NCBI RefSeq assembly: GCF_013315695.1
Contig: NZ_CP054353.1
Direction: 5' to 3' (one strand)
Length of the DNA stretch: 64,000 nucleotides
Source of the DNA: Escherichia coli
GTDB lineage: Bacteria; Pseudomonadota; Gammaproteobacteria; Enterobacterales; Enterobacteriaceae
Below are positions 47,149-58,521 of the stretch, one piece after another (within the stretch, counting starts at the first letter, position 1; each line of letters opens with the position of its first letter). The notes under the pieces were generated by a model that was not told the origin of the DNA, made no database searches, and saw only the letters and a list, made by a program, of their open reading frames with translations. Position numbers and translations under genes: made by a program.

Positions 47149-47597
47149 CAGATTGCCTCTTCAAGAATACGAGTATCAACGTCATGACGTTGGTTGATAT
47201 CGTGTGCCATCAGCTGACAAACATCTTCTAAGTCATGACTTGGGGCAAAGACGCGATCAAATCCCATCTCTTTGAATTTGGTTTCCACGTCAGCGAAGTC
47301 ATGTTTTCCGACCACCAGGTTACCGCCCACATAGAGCAGGATGTCCCCCAGTCCACGCTCGATGCAGCGTTCGCGCATGCCCAGACAGTCGATATCGCCA
47401 TGCCCATAGATAGAGGAGACGACAATCGCGTCAGCGCCAGTTTCAATGGCCGCATCAATATATTCGTCCTGGCTGACCATTACGCCCAGATTAATGACTC
47501 TGAAGCCATGGTTGCTAAAAACGCGGTCCAGAACTTTATTGCCTACTGCATGGCAGTCCGCGCCAATAACGCCAATCACAAGTGTTGCTTTCTTCAT
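47148..47597 (-). CDS. Glutamate mutase sigma (S, B12-binding) subunit
   Basis: Start at ATG 47597 ([27 protein letters not shown]...), 149 aa; B12-binding DxHxxG motif; AAGGA RBS. Track ORF with the longer N-terminus is rejected. Confidence 0.9.
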   Translation of the reverse strand: MKKATLVIGVIGADCHAVGNKVLDRVFSNHGFRVINLGVMVSQDEYIDAAIETGADAIVVSSIYGHGDIDCLGMRERCIERGLGDILLYVGGNLVVGKHDFADVETKFKEMGFDRVFAPSHDLEDVCQLMAHDINQRHDVDTRILEEAI

Positions 47598-48143
47598 GGG
47601 TAATCCTTTGTAAGACAGAGAGTAAAATAAGTTACACACGTCGTATTTATGGCCGTTCATAACGGCACAGGTTTAATATCACAGGAGTGTCTTTATCTGA
47701 CCGTAATGTTGCAATTGATCTATTTTCAAAATGTCTTTCGGGAAATGATTGTTTAAAGTATGTTGTTAAATTCTCATGTTAATTCAGTGTGTTATGTCAA
47801 CTAATGTCATGAATGTTAAATTTTTAAAATTAACTTGATTTGGTGTATTGAGGTATTTGTGATCTACTTCTAATTTGCATTTTAGTGATATGGGTTTAGC
47901 CATGAGTAAATGCATTTCATAAAATTTAAGTCGAATTTCACTGCAATTCATCTCTGCTTAATGTAAAAATAATGTTGAAAATAACAAATGGTTAATGATT
48001 CATGCGAATTATGACCTTAGTTAGCTCTTTTGATTTTTCGTAAAAAAGAGAGGTACATGAAGGTGCTACCAGTATGAGTAACGTTAATCAAAGGTTTTAT
48101 TACGTCTGGCAATAACGCAGGCCATTTTCGCGACTGGGTGGAT

Positions 48144-48566
48144 TTAATCAGTATAATCCTCATACAATAGTTCACGATTAACTGAACCGTTAACGGGGAT
48201 TTGGTGTTGAAATTTAGAAATGGCGGAGTCAATTAATGAAGACAATATCGAAAAAATGACAGTGTCAGAATTAATTTCAATTAATCCTTCTCGTTGTTGA
48301 CCAAAAAAGATATTTATCTTGATTTCATTTGTACTACGGCAATCAATATGTAGTAATTTTTGATCGCTGAGATTTTCTGTTTCATAAATGTTTTTGGCGA
48401 TAGTCGGATGTATTGATGCCAGACATCTGCTCAGATAAGCCAGATCCTTTAGGGAACACCCCGCTGAGTAGAGGATGTCAGAGAATTTTTGTGTGTTAAC
48501 TGTTGTCTCTGAAGCGTATGTTGCATTGACAGGAAGGGTGTTGAAAGAGATTTGAGATGGGAGCAT
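48144..48566 (-). CDS. Hypothetical protein (low-GC, no recognisable domain)
   Basis: 140 aa ORF 80 bp downstream of the 314-aa ORF on the same strand; no signal peptide or TM helix apparent. Confidence 0.4.
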   Translation of the reverse strand: MLPSQISFNTLPVNATYASETTVNTQKFSDILYSAGCSLKDLAYLSRCLASIHPTIAKNIYETENLSDQKLLHIDCRSTNEIKINIFFGQQREGLIEINSDTVIFSILSSLIDSAISKFQHQIPVNGSVNRELLYEDYTD

Positions 48567-48646
48567 TATTTAAATCTTTCCGTGAGTAATAAAAATTAAT
48601 CCCCGGGCATTGTTTAGCAATATTTGCCACAGGTAATATATAAAAA

Positions 48647-49591
48647 TTAAAGTATTTGATTGGCATCGGTTAACTGATCAATAACCAGTGCCAGATTGGT
48701 AAACATTTTGAAAAAGCGATACTGGCTCGGAATATCTCTTTCAAAGACGAAACATTCAATGTCATTGTTTGAAAAATAAAGGACTAGTGTTGCTGATTCG
48801 TCAGGAAAAATATGGAAATATATCTGGTTACCAGAAGGAGGATAGTCCAGAAGAAGGGTATCTTTGCCCGTCACATACCTGTTGTGGTCGTGGATGCTGC
48901 GCTCACACTTCATCAGAGGTGTCATGATACTCATGTATTCATCTGATGTTAATATATTAAAATCACCATCCATTTTAAAGAAACGATAAAGTAACAGTAC
49001 ATCCTCTTGCGTAACCGGTTCGTTTGTTTTTAGAGGGAAATAAGTGGGAACCAGAAGATGAGGTTCTAATCTATTTTGTTGAGCGCTATAACTAAATTTG
49101 AACATAAATTCCGGATCGCTCATCAATTGAGCGACATAATTATGCCTGGCTTCAAAAATTTTAACTTTTATCAGGTTAAATAAGTCTGTTTCGTCATCCT
49201 GTATTAAAAGACATTGGCCATAGCAGCCAGGCTTTTTTTCATTATAAGCAGAAACGGTTATTCTGTCAGGAGTGTCAACGTTATATCCAAAAGCCAGATA
49301 GTGACCGTCCTCATCGAGATTTGTTTCCAGGTTATTTAAATTTATCACATGAAGTGTTTGCAATGCTGATTCAATGAGCTGTTGACTCTCTGAGGTAAAT
49401 GTTTCGCGCTGCGTTGTATAAAGTGTATCGATTCCAACGACTATCCGATATGGGTCAAGGATGGCGGCAATCATCTTTATTACCTGCACAGCCACGGGTG
49501 ATGTCATTGATTCGTTATCTGTTTTTAGAGGATCATTAGATGGCCAACCTGAGAAGCGATTGACAGCCGAACCGATATTATCAGGACTCAT
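48647..49591 (-). CDS. Hypothetical protein (low-GC, no recognisable domain)
   Basis: 314 aa ORF in a strongly AT-rich stretch (roughly 38-40 percent GC by eye); acidic, apparently soluble; no family recognised. Confidence 0.5.
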   Translation of the reverse strand: MSPDNIGSAVNRFSGWPSNDPLKTDNESMTSPVAVQVIKMIAAILDPYRIVVGIDTLYTTQRETFTSESQQLIESALQTLHVINLNNLETNLDEDGHYLAFGYNVDTPDRITVSAYNEKKPGCYGQCLLIQDDETDLFNLIKVKIFEARHNYVAQLMSDPEFMFKFSYSAQQNRLEPHLLVPTYFPLKTNEPVTQEDVLLLYRFFKMDGDFNILTSDEYMSIMTPLMKCERSIHDHNRYVTGKDTLLLDYPPSGNQIYFHIFPDESATLVLYFSNNDIECFVFERDIPSQYRFFKMFTNLALVIDQLTDANQIL

Positions 49592-50045
49592 AGCAGCAAC
49601 CTCATTGTAATCAAGCGAGGCGCTGAGCGTACTCGGCTATAGAAAAACTAACTTGCAAAAATCGCTCATTTTTCATTTATCAGGCGAAAGTGGTCTCTGT
49701 TCACTCAGAAACAATCACTCCCGCTAAGTCATACCTGTTTCATCGATACACTTAAGTGATTATTACTAATGAAACAATAACATAACGGGCTTACGGCCGG
49801 TGCTCATAAAGGCAACAATCAATTAACTTTGATAAAAATATGTTATGTAAAATAGCAACAAATTGGCTAATCTAATCAATTGGTATTATAAAAAGTGGAT
49901 AAGGCGGTTCTGTTAAATAAAACACTGGTTTTTTATCTATACCTTTTCATTGTAATAATTGTGTTGCATAAATATTTCACAATAAATTAACAATAAAATC
50001 ACCAATGATCTATGGTTTATACATAATTAACATATTTGGTTGGTT

Positions 50046-50059
50046 TTGATATAAATCAA
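50046..50059. promoter_or_regulatory. FNR-type box (TTGAT-N4-ATCAA) in the cydAB upstream region
   Basis: Perfect palindrome TTGATATAAATCAA about 340 bp upstream of cydA; a second half-matched site TTGATCACTGTCGAA lies near 50150. Confidence 0.5.
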
Positions 50060-50396
50060 TTTTTAATTCTTGAAAAAAATCTGCAAAACACGATAAATTG
50101 TCGTAGATCAAATTGGTGAGATCGTGACAATTTCGCTATAAATTGATCACTGTCGAAAAATGCAAATTTGCTCAATAAAAACCTGTTTATTGTAAGGATT
50201 TTGCGGCGTAATATAATTACGGGATCAATTTGGTTTATTCATTAACATATTTGTAACTTTTTTATCATTGTCTTTTCCTCTTTTGATGAAATGGCAACGA
50301 TAGAGGCGAGCAAATAATTTTGTATTGGGGCATGCGTGTGACCCTTTCTAACGGGGTTCACTCTCGGAGTCTTCATGCGATGAGCAAGGAGTCATG

Positions 50397-51965
50397 ATGT
50401 TAGATATAGTCGAACTGTCGCGCTTACAGTTTGCCTTGACCGCGATGTACCACTTCCTTTTTGTGCCACTGACGCTCGGTATGGCGTTCCTGCTGGCCAT
50501 TATGGAAACGGTCTACGTCCTTTCCGGCAAACAGATTTATAAAGATATGACCAAGTTCTGGGGCAAGTTGTTTGGTATCAACTTCGCTCTGGGTGTGGCT
50601 ACCGGTCTGACCATGGAGTTCCAGTTCGGGACTAACTGGTCTTACTATTCCCACTATGTAGGGGATATCTTCGGTGCGCCGCTGGCAATCGAAGGTCTAA
50701 TGGCCTTCTTCCTCGAATCCACCTTTGTAGGTCTGTTCTTCTTCGGTTGGGATCGTCTGGGTAAAGTTCAGCATATGTGTGTCACCTGGCTGGTGGCGCT
50801 CGGTTCAAACCTGTCCGCACTGTGGATTCTGGTTGCGAACGGCTGGATGCAAAACCCAATCGCGTCCGATTTCAACTTTGAAACTATGCGTATGGAGATG
50901 GTGAGCTTCTCCGAGCTGGTGCTTAACCCGGTTGCTCAGGTGAAATTCGTTCACACTGTAGCGTCTGGTTATGTGACTGGCGCGATGTTCATCCTCGGTA
51001 TCAGCGCATGGTATATGCTGAAAGGTCGTGACTTCGCCTTCGCTAAACGCTCCTTTGCTATCGCTGCCAGCTTCGGTATGGCTGCCGTTCTGTCTGTTAT
51101 TGTTCTGGGTGATGAATCTGGTTACGAAATGGGCGACGTGCAGAAAACCAAACTGGCTGCTATTGAAGCCGAGTGGGAAACGCAACCTGCGCCTGCTGCC
51201 TTTACTCTGTTCGGCATTCCTGATCAGGAAGAGGAGACGAACAAATTTGCGATCCAGATCCCTTACGCGCTGGGCATCATTGCAACGCGTTCCGTGGATA
51301 CTCCAGTTATCGGCCTGAAAGAACTGATGGTGCAGCATGAAGAACGCATTCGTAACGGGATGAAGGCGTACTCTCTGCTCGAGCAACTGCGTTCTGGTTC
51401 TACCGACCAGGCGGTTCGTGACCAGTTCAATAGCATGAAGAAAGACCTCGGTTACGGTCTGCTGCTGAAACGCTATACGCCAAACGTGGCTGATGCGACT
51501 GAAGCGCAGATTCAACAGGCAACCAAAGACTCCATTCCGCGTGTAGCGCCGCTGTACTTCGCGTTCCGTATTATGGTGGCGTGTGGCTTCCTGCTGCTGG
51601 CAATCATCGCGCTCTCTTTCTGGAGTGTCATCCGCAACCGCATTGGCGAGAAAAAATGGCTGCTGCGCGCCGCGCTGTACGGTATTCCGCTGCCGTGGAT
51701 TGCTGTAGAAGCGGGCTGGTTCGTGGCTGAATATGGCCGCCAACCGTGGGCTATCGGTGAAGTGCTGCCGACAGCTGTGGCGAACTCGTCACTGACCGCA
51801 GGCGATCTCATCTTCTCAATGGTGCTGATTTGCGGCCTGTATACCCTGTTCCTGGTGGCAGAATTGTTCTTAATGTTCAAGTTTGCACGCCTCGGCCCAA
51901 GCAGCCTGAAAACCGGTCGCTATCACTTTGAGCAGTCTTCCACGACTACTCAGCCGGCACGCTAA
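50397..51965 (+). CDS. cydA: Cytochrome bd-I ubiquinol oxidase subunit I
   Basis: Start at second ATG ([28 protein letters not shown]), 522 aa. Confidence 0.97.
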
Positions 51966-51980
51966 GACAGGAGTCGTCAA

Positions 51981-53120
51981 ATGATCGATTATGAAGTATT
52001 GCGTTTTATCTGGTGGCTGCTGGTTGGCGTTCTGCTGATTGGTTTTGCAGTCACTGACGGTTTCGACATGGGGGTGGGCATGCTCACCCGTTTCCTCGGT
52101 CGTAACGACACCGAGCGTCGAATTATGATTAACTCCATTGCACCACACTGGGACGGTAACCAGGTTTGGCTGATCACCGCGGGCGGCGCACTCTTTGCTG
52201 CCTGGCCGATGGTCTATGCCGCTGCGTTCTCCGGCTTCTATGTGGCGATGATCCTCGTGCTGGCGTCTTTGTTCTTCCGTCCGGTCGGTTTTGACTACCG
52301 CTCCAAGATTGAAGAAACCCGCTGGCGTAACATGTGGGACTGGGGCATCTTCATTGGTAGCTTCGTTCCGCCGCTGGTGATTGGTGTGGCGTTCGGTAAC
52401 CTGTTGCAGGGCGTACCGTTCAACGTTGATGAATATCTGCGTCTGTACTACACCGGTAACTTCTTCCAGCTGCTTAACCCGTTCGGCCTGCTGGCAGGCG
52501 TGGTGAGCGTTGGGATGATCATTACTCAGGGCGCGACTTACCTGCAAATGCGTACCGTGGGCGAACTGCACCTGCGTACCCGTGCAACGGCTCAGCTGGC
52601 GGCACTGGTGACACTGGTCTGCTTCGCACTGGCTGGCGTATGGGTGATGTACGGTATCGATGGTTATGTCGTGAAATCGACAATGGACCATTACGCAGCC
52701 TCTAACCCGCTGAATAAAGAAGTGGTTCGTGAAGCTGGCGCATGGCTGGTTAACTTCAACAACACGCCGATTCTGTGGGCTATTCCTGCACTGGGTGTGG
52801 TTCTGCCGCTGCTGACCATCCTGACTGCACGTATGGATAAAGCCGCGTGGGCGTTTGTGTTCTCCTCCCTGACGCTGGCCTGCATCATCCTGACTGCCGG
52901 TATTGCAATGTTCCCGTTTGTGATGCCGTCCAGCACCATGATGAACGCAAGTCTGACAATGTGGGATGCAACTTCCAGCCAGCTGACGCTTAACGTCATG
53001 ACCTGGGTTGCGGTGGTTCTGGTACCGATCATTCTGCTCTACACCGCCTGGTGTTACTGGAAAATGTTCGGTCGTATCACCAAAGAAGATATTGAACGTA
53101 ACACCCACTCTCTGTACTAA
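51981..53120 (+). CDS. cydB: Cytochrome bd-I ubiquinol oxidase subunit II
   Basis: 379 aa MIDYEVLRFIWWLLVGVLLIGFAVTDGFDMG... Confidence 0.97.
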   Translation: MIDYEVLRFIWWLLVGVLLIGFAVTDGFDMGVGMLTRFLGRNDTERRIMINSIAPHWDGNQVWLITAGGALFAAWPMVYAAAFSGFYVAMILVLASLFFRPVGFDYRSKIEETRWRNMWDWGIFIGSFVPPLVIGVAFGNLLQGVPFNVDEYLRLYYTGNFFQLLNPFGLLAGVVSVGMIITQGATYLQMRTVGELHLRTRATAQLAALVTLVCFALAGVWVMYGIDGYVVKSTMDHYAASNPLNKEVVREAGAWLVNFNNTPILWAIPALGVVLPLLTILTARMDKAAWAFVFSSLTLACIILTAGIAMFPFVMPSSTMMNASLTMWDATSSQLTLNVMTWVAVVLVPIILLYTAWCYWKMFGRITKEDIERNTHSLY

Positions 53121-53134
53121 GTAAGGAGCTAAAA

Positions 53135-53248
53135 ATGTGGTATTTCGCATGGATTCTGGGAACGCTTCTTGCCTGTTCGTTTGGGGTAATCACCGCGCTG
53201 GCGCTTGAGCACGTCGAATCAGGCAAAGCCGGTCAAGAAGACATCTGA
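53135..53248 (+). CDS. cydX: Cytochrome bd-I oxidase small subunit CydX
   Basis: 37-codon ORF MWYFAWILGTLLACSFGVITALALEHVESGKAGQEDI* read by hand (below track cutoff); stop overlaps the ybgE start. Confidence 0.85.
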   Translation: MWYFAWILGTLLACSFGVITALALEHVESGKAGQEDI

Positions 53249-53541
53249 TGAGTAAGATTATCGCAACCTTGTATGCGGTAATGGACAAGCGCCCCCTGCG
53301 GGCGCTTTCCTTCGTGATGGCGCTTCTGTTAGCAGGATGTATGTTTTGGGACCCATCACGTTTCGCCGCGAAGACCAGTGAACTGGAAATCTGGCATGGT
53401 TTATTGCTGATGTGGGCCGTCTGTGCTGGTGTGATTCACGGCGTGGGCTTTCGTCCGCAGAAGGTTCTTTGGCAAGGGATTTTTTGCCCATTGCTTGCCG
53501 ATATTGTTCTCATTGTCGGGCTGATTTTCTTCTTCTTTTAA
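53248..53541 (+). CDS. ybgE: Small membrane protein YbgE (cyd operon)
   Basis: 97 aa, hydrophobic; immediately downstream of cydX. Confidence 0.85.
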   Translation: MSKIIATLYAVMDKRPLRALSFVMALLLAGCMFWDPSRFAAKTSELEIWHGLLLMWAVCAGVIHGVGFRPQKVLWQGIFCPLLADIVLIVGLIFFFF

Positions 53542-53690
53542 ATCAGAATTCTCTTTAAAAAATTATGGGCCGCTCCAGGCCCATAAATTTTTACGCTCCC
53601 TTAACTTGCCCTCATTCCCAAACCTCAATCGCGCGCGTATAGTAGCAGCGTTTAAAAGCTCTAACTTTTGTTGCATTACCGGGATGTAAA

Positions 53691-54784
<1,094 letters not shown>

Positions 54785-54787
54785 GCC

Positions 54788-55216
54788 ATGGCCAGAGCGC
54801 GTGGACGAGGTCGTCGCGATCTCAAGTCCGAAATCAACATTGTACCGTTGCTGGACGTACTGCTGGTGCTGTTGCTGATCTTTATGGCGACAGCGCCCAT
54901 CATCACCCAGAGCGTGGAGGTCGATCTGCCAGACGCTACTGAATCACAGGCGGTGAGCAGTAACGATAATCCGCCAGTGATTGTTGAAGTGTCTGGTATT
55001 GGTCAGTACACCGTGGTGGTTGAGAAAGATCGCCTGGAGCGTTTACCACCAGAGCAGGTGGTGGCGGAAGTGTCCAGCCGTTTCAAGGCCAACCCGAAAA
55101 CGGTCTTTCTGATCGGTGGCGCAAAAGATGTGCCTTACGATGAAATAATTAAAGCACTGAACTTGTTACATAGTGCGGGTGTGAAATCGGTTGGTTTAAT
55201 GACGCAGCCTATCTAA
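54788..55216 (+). CDS. tolR: Tol-Pal system protein TolR
   Basis: 142 aa; ExbD/TolR family. Confidence 0.95.
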   Translation: MARARGRGRRDLKSEINIVPLLDVLLVLLLIFMATAPIITQSVEVDLPDATESQAVSSNDNPPVIVEVSGIGQYTVVVEKDRLERLPPEQVVAEVSSRFKANPKTVFLIGGAKDVPYDEIIKALNLLHSAGVKSVGLMTQPI

Positions 55217-55280
55217 ACATCTGCGTTTCCCTTGCTTGAAAGAGAGCGGGTAACAGGCGAACAGTTTTTGGAAACCGAGA

Positions 55281-56531
55281 GTGTCAAAGGCAACCGAACA
55301 AAACGACAAGCTCAAGCGGGCGATAATTATTTCAGCAGTGCTGCATGTCATCTTATTTGCGGCGCTGATCTGGAGTTCGTTCGATGAGAATATAGAAGCT
55401 TCAGCCGGAGGCGGCGGTGGTTCGTCCATCGACGCTGTCATGGTTGATTCAGGTGCGGTAGTTGAGCAGTACAAACGCATGCAAAGCCAGGAATCAAGCG
55501 CGAAGCGTTCTGATGAGCAGCGCAAGATGAAGGAACAGCAGGCTGCTGAAGAGCTGCGTGAGAAACAAGCGGCTGAACAGGAACGCCTGAAGCAACTTGA
55601 GAAAGAGCGGTTAGCGGCTCAGGAGCAGAAAAAGCAGGCTGAAGAAGCCGCAAAACAGGCCGAGTTAAAGCAGAAGCAAGCGGAAGAGGCGGCAGCGAAA
55701 GCGGCGGCAGATGCTAAAGCGAAGGCTGAAGCGGATGCAAAAGCTGCGGAAGAAGCAGCGAAGAAAGCGGCTGCAGACGCGAAGAAAAAAGCAGAAGCAG
55801 AAGCCGCCAAAGCCGCAGCCGAAGCGCAGAAAAAAGCCGAGGCAGCCGCGGCGGCACTGAAGAAGAAAGCGGAAGCGGCAGAAGCAGCTGCAGCTGAAGC
55901 AAGAAAGAAAGCGGCAACTGAAGCTGCTGAAAAAGCCAAAGCAGAAGCTGAGAAGAAAGCGGCTGCTGAAAAGGCTGCAGCTGATAAGAAAGCGGCAGCC
56001 GACAAAAAAGCAGCAGAAAAAGCGGCTGCTGAAAAGGCAGCAGCTGATAAGAAAGCAGCGGCAGAAAAAGCCGCCGCAGACAAAAAAGCGGCAGCGGCAA
56101 AAGCAGCAGCTGAAAAAGCCGCTGCAGCAAAAGCTGCCGCAGAGGCAGATGATATTTTCGGTGAGCTAAGCTCTGGTAAGAATGCACCGAAAACGGGGGG
56201 AGGGGCGAAAGGGAACAATGCTTCGCCAGCCGGGAGTGGTAATACTAAAAACAATGGCGCATCAGGGGCCGATATCAATAACTATGCCGGGCAGATTAAA
56301 TCTGCTATCGAAAGTAAGTTCTATGACGCATCGTCCTATGCAGGCAAAACCTGTACGCTGCGCATAAAACTGGCACCCGATGGTATGTTACTGGATATCA
56401 AACCTGAAGGTGGCGATCCCGCACTTTGTCAGGCTGCGTTGGCAGCAGCTAAACTTGCGAAGATCCCGAAACCACCAAGCCAGGCAGTATATGAAGTGTT
56501 CAAAAACGCGCCATTGGACTTCAAACCGTAA
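55281..56531 (+). CDS. tolA: Tol-Pal system protein TolA
   Basis: 416 aa, GTG start; N-terminal TM anchor, long Ala/Lys/Glu-rich helical domain II, C-terminal domain III. Confidence 0.95.
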   Translation: MSKATEQNDKLKRAIIISAVLHVILFAALIWSSFDENIEASAGGGGGSSIDAVMVDSGAVVEQYKRMQSQESSAKRSDEQRKMKEQQAAEELREKQAAEQERLKQLEKERLAAQEQKKQAEEAAKQAELKQKQAEEAAAKAAADAKAKAEADAKAAEEAAKKAAADAKKKAEAEAAKAAAEAQKKAEAAAAALKKKAEAAEAAAAEARKKAATEAAEKAKAEAEKKAAAEKAAADKKAAADKKAAEKAAAEKAAADKKAAAEKAAADKKAAAAKAAAEKAAAAKAAAEADDIFGELSSGKNAPKTGGGAKGNNASPAGSGNTKNNGASGADINNYAGQIKSAIESKFYDASSYAGKTCTLRIKLAPDGMLLDIKPEGGDPALCQAALAAAKLAKIPKPPSQAVYEVFKNAPLDFKP

Positions 56532-56663
56532 TCGCGATGTTGACTGTTCCGACGGTCAACATCAGGCACCGGTTGCCACGGGGTTCTGGTAGTTTTGTGT
56601 ATTTTAGTTTGTTAACATTCTGCTAAATTATCGTGGGCCATCGGTCCAGATAAGGGAGATATG

Positions 56664-57956
56664 ATGAAGCAGGCATTACGAGTAGCATTTGGTTTTCTCA
56701 TACTGTGGGCATCAGTTCTGCATGCTGAAGTCCGCATTGTGATCGACAGCGGTGTAGATTCCGGTCGTCCTATTGGAGTTGTTCCTTTCCAGTGGGCGGG
56801 CCCTGGTGCGGCACCTGAAGATATTGGCGGCATCGTTGCTGCCGACTTGCGTAACAGCGGTAAATTTAATCCGTTAGATCGCGCTCGTCTGCCACAGCAG
56901 CCGGGTAGTGCGCAGGAAGTACAACCAGCTGCATGGTCCGCGCTGGGTATTGACGCTGTAGTTGTCGGTCAGGTCACTCCGAATCCGGATGGTTCTTACA
57001 ATGTTGCTTATCAACTTGTTGACACTGGCGGCGCACCGGGTACTGTACTTGCTCAGAACTCGTACAAAGTGAACAAGCAGTGGCTGCGTTATGCTGGTCA
57101 TACCGCCAGTGATGAAGTGTTTGAAAAACTGACCGGCATTAAAGGTGCGTTCCGTACCCGTATTGCCTACGTTGTTCAGACCAACGGCGGTCAGTTCCCG
57201 TATGAACTGCGCGTATCTGACTATGACGGTTACAACCAGTTTGTCGTTCACCGTTCACCGCAGCCGCTGATGTCTCCGGCGTGGTCACCAGACGGTTCTA
57301 AACTGGCTTATGTGACCTTCGAAAGCGGTCGTTCCGCGCTGGTCATCCAAACGCTGGCAAATGGCGCTGTACGTCAGGTGGCTTCATTCCCGCGTCACAA
57401 CGGTGCACCTGCATTCTCGCCAGACGGCAGCAAACTGGCATTCGCCTTGTCGAAAACCGGTAGTCTGAACCTGTACGTAATGGATTTGGCTTCTGGTCAG
57501 ATCCGCCAGGTGACTGATGGTCGCAGTAACAATACCGAACCGACCTGGTTCCCGGATAGCCAGAACCTGGCATTTACTTCTGACCAGGCCGGTCGTCCAC
57601 AGGTTTATAAAGTGAATATCAACGGCGGTGCGCCACAACGTATTACCTGGGAAGGTTCGCAGAACCAGGATGCGGATGTCAGCAGCGACGGTAAATTTAT
57701 GGTAATGGTCAGCTCCAATGGTGGGCAGCAGCACATTGCCAAACAAGATCTGGCAACGGGAGGCGTACAAGTTCTGTCGTCCACGTTCCTGGATGAAACG
57801 CCAAGTCTGGCACCTAACGGCACTATGGTAATCTACAGCTCTTCTCAGGGGATGGGATCCGTGCTGAATTTGGTTTCTACAGATGGGCGTTTCAAAGCGC
57901 GTCTTCCGGCAACTGATGGACAGGTCAAATTCCCTGCCTGGTCGCCGTATCTGTGA
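56664..57956 (+). CDS. tolB: Tol-Pal system periplasmic protein TolB
   Basis: Start at second ATG ([21 protein letters not shown] signal peptide), 430 aa; beta-propeller. Confidence 0.95.
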   Translation: MKQALRVAFGFLILWASVLHAEVRIVIDSGVDSGRPIGVVPFQWAGPGAAPEDIGGIVAADLRNSGKFNPLDRARLPQQPGSAQEVQPAAWSALGIDAVVVGQVTPNPDGSYNVAYQLVDTGGAPGTVLAQNSYKVNKQWLRYAGHTASDEVFEKLTGIKGAFRTRIAYVVQTNGGQFPYELRVSDYDGYNQFVVHRSPQPLMSPAWSPDGSKLAYVTFESGRSALVIQTLANGAVRQVASFPRHNGAPAFSPDGSKLAFALSKTGSLNLYVMDLASGQIRQVTDGRSNNTEPTWFPDSQNLAFTSDQAGRPQVYKVNINGGAPQRITWEGSQNQDADVSSDGKFMVMVSSNGGQQHIAKQDLATGGVQVLSSTFLDETPSLAPNGTMVIYSSSQGMGSVLNLVSTDGRFKARLPATDGQVKFPAWSPYL

Positions 57957-57966
57957 TAATAATTAA

Positions 57967-58512
<546 letters not shown>

Positions 58513-58521
58513 GAGAATTGC

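Noticed and set aside
48017-48232. 71-aa minus-strand ORF overlapping the 3' end of the 140-aa hypothetical ORF
   Set aside because: Short, overlapping, in AT-rich DNA where random ORFs are frequent; no supporting signal.
33752-50393. Island as a classical mobile element (prophage, ICE or IS-bounded transposon)
   Set aside because: No integrase, transposase, phage structural gene, flanking direct repeats or tRNA-adjacent attachment site could be found; the tRNA array lies about 9 kb away and is separated from the island by core genes.
55500-56160. Possible CRISPR-like or tandem-repeat array
   Set aside because: The periodicity is coding low-complexity sequence inside tolA, not direct repeats with unique spacers; no CRISPR array exists anywhere in the window.
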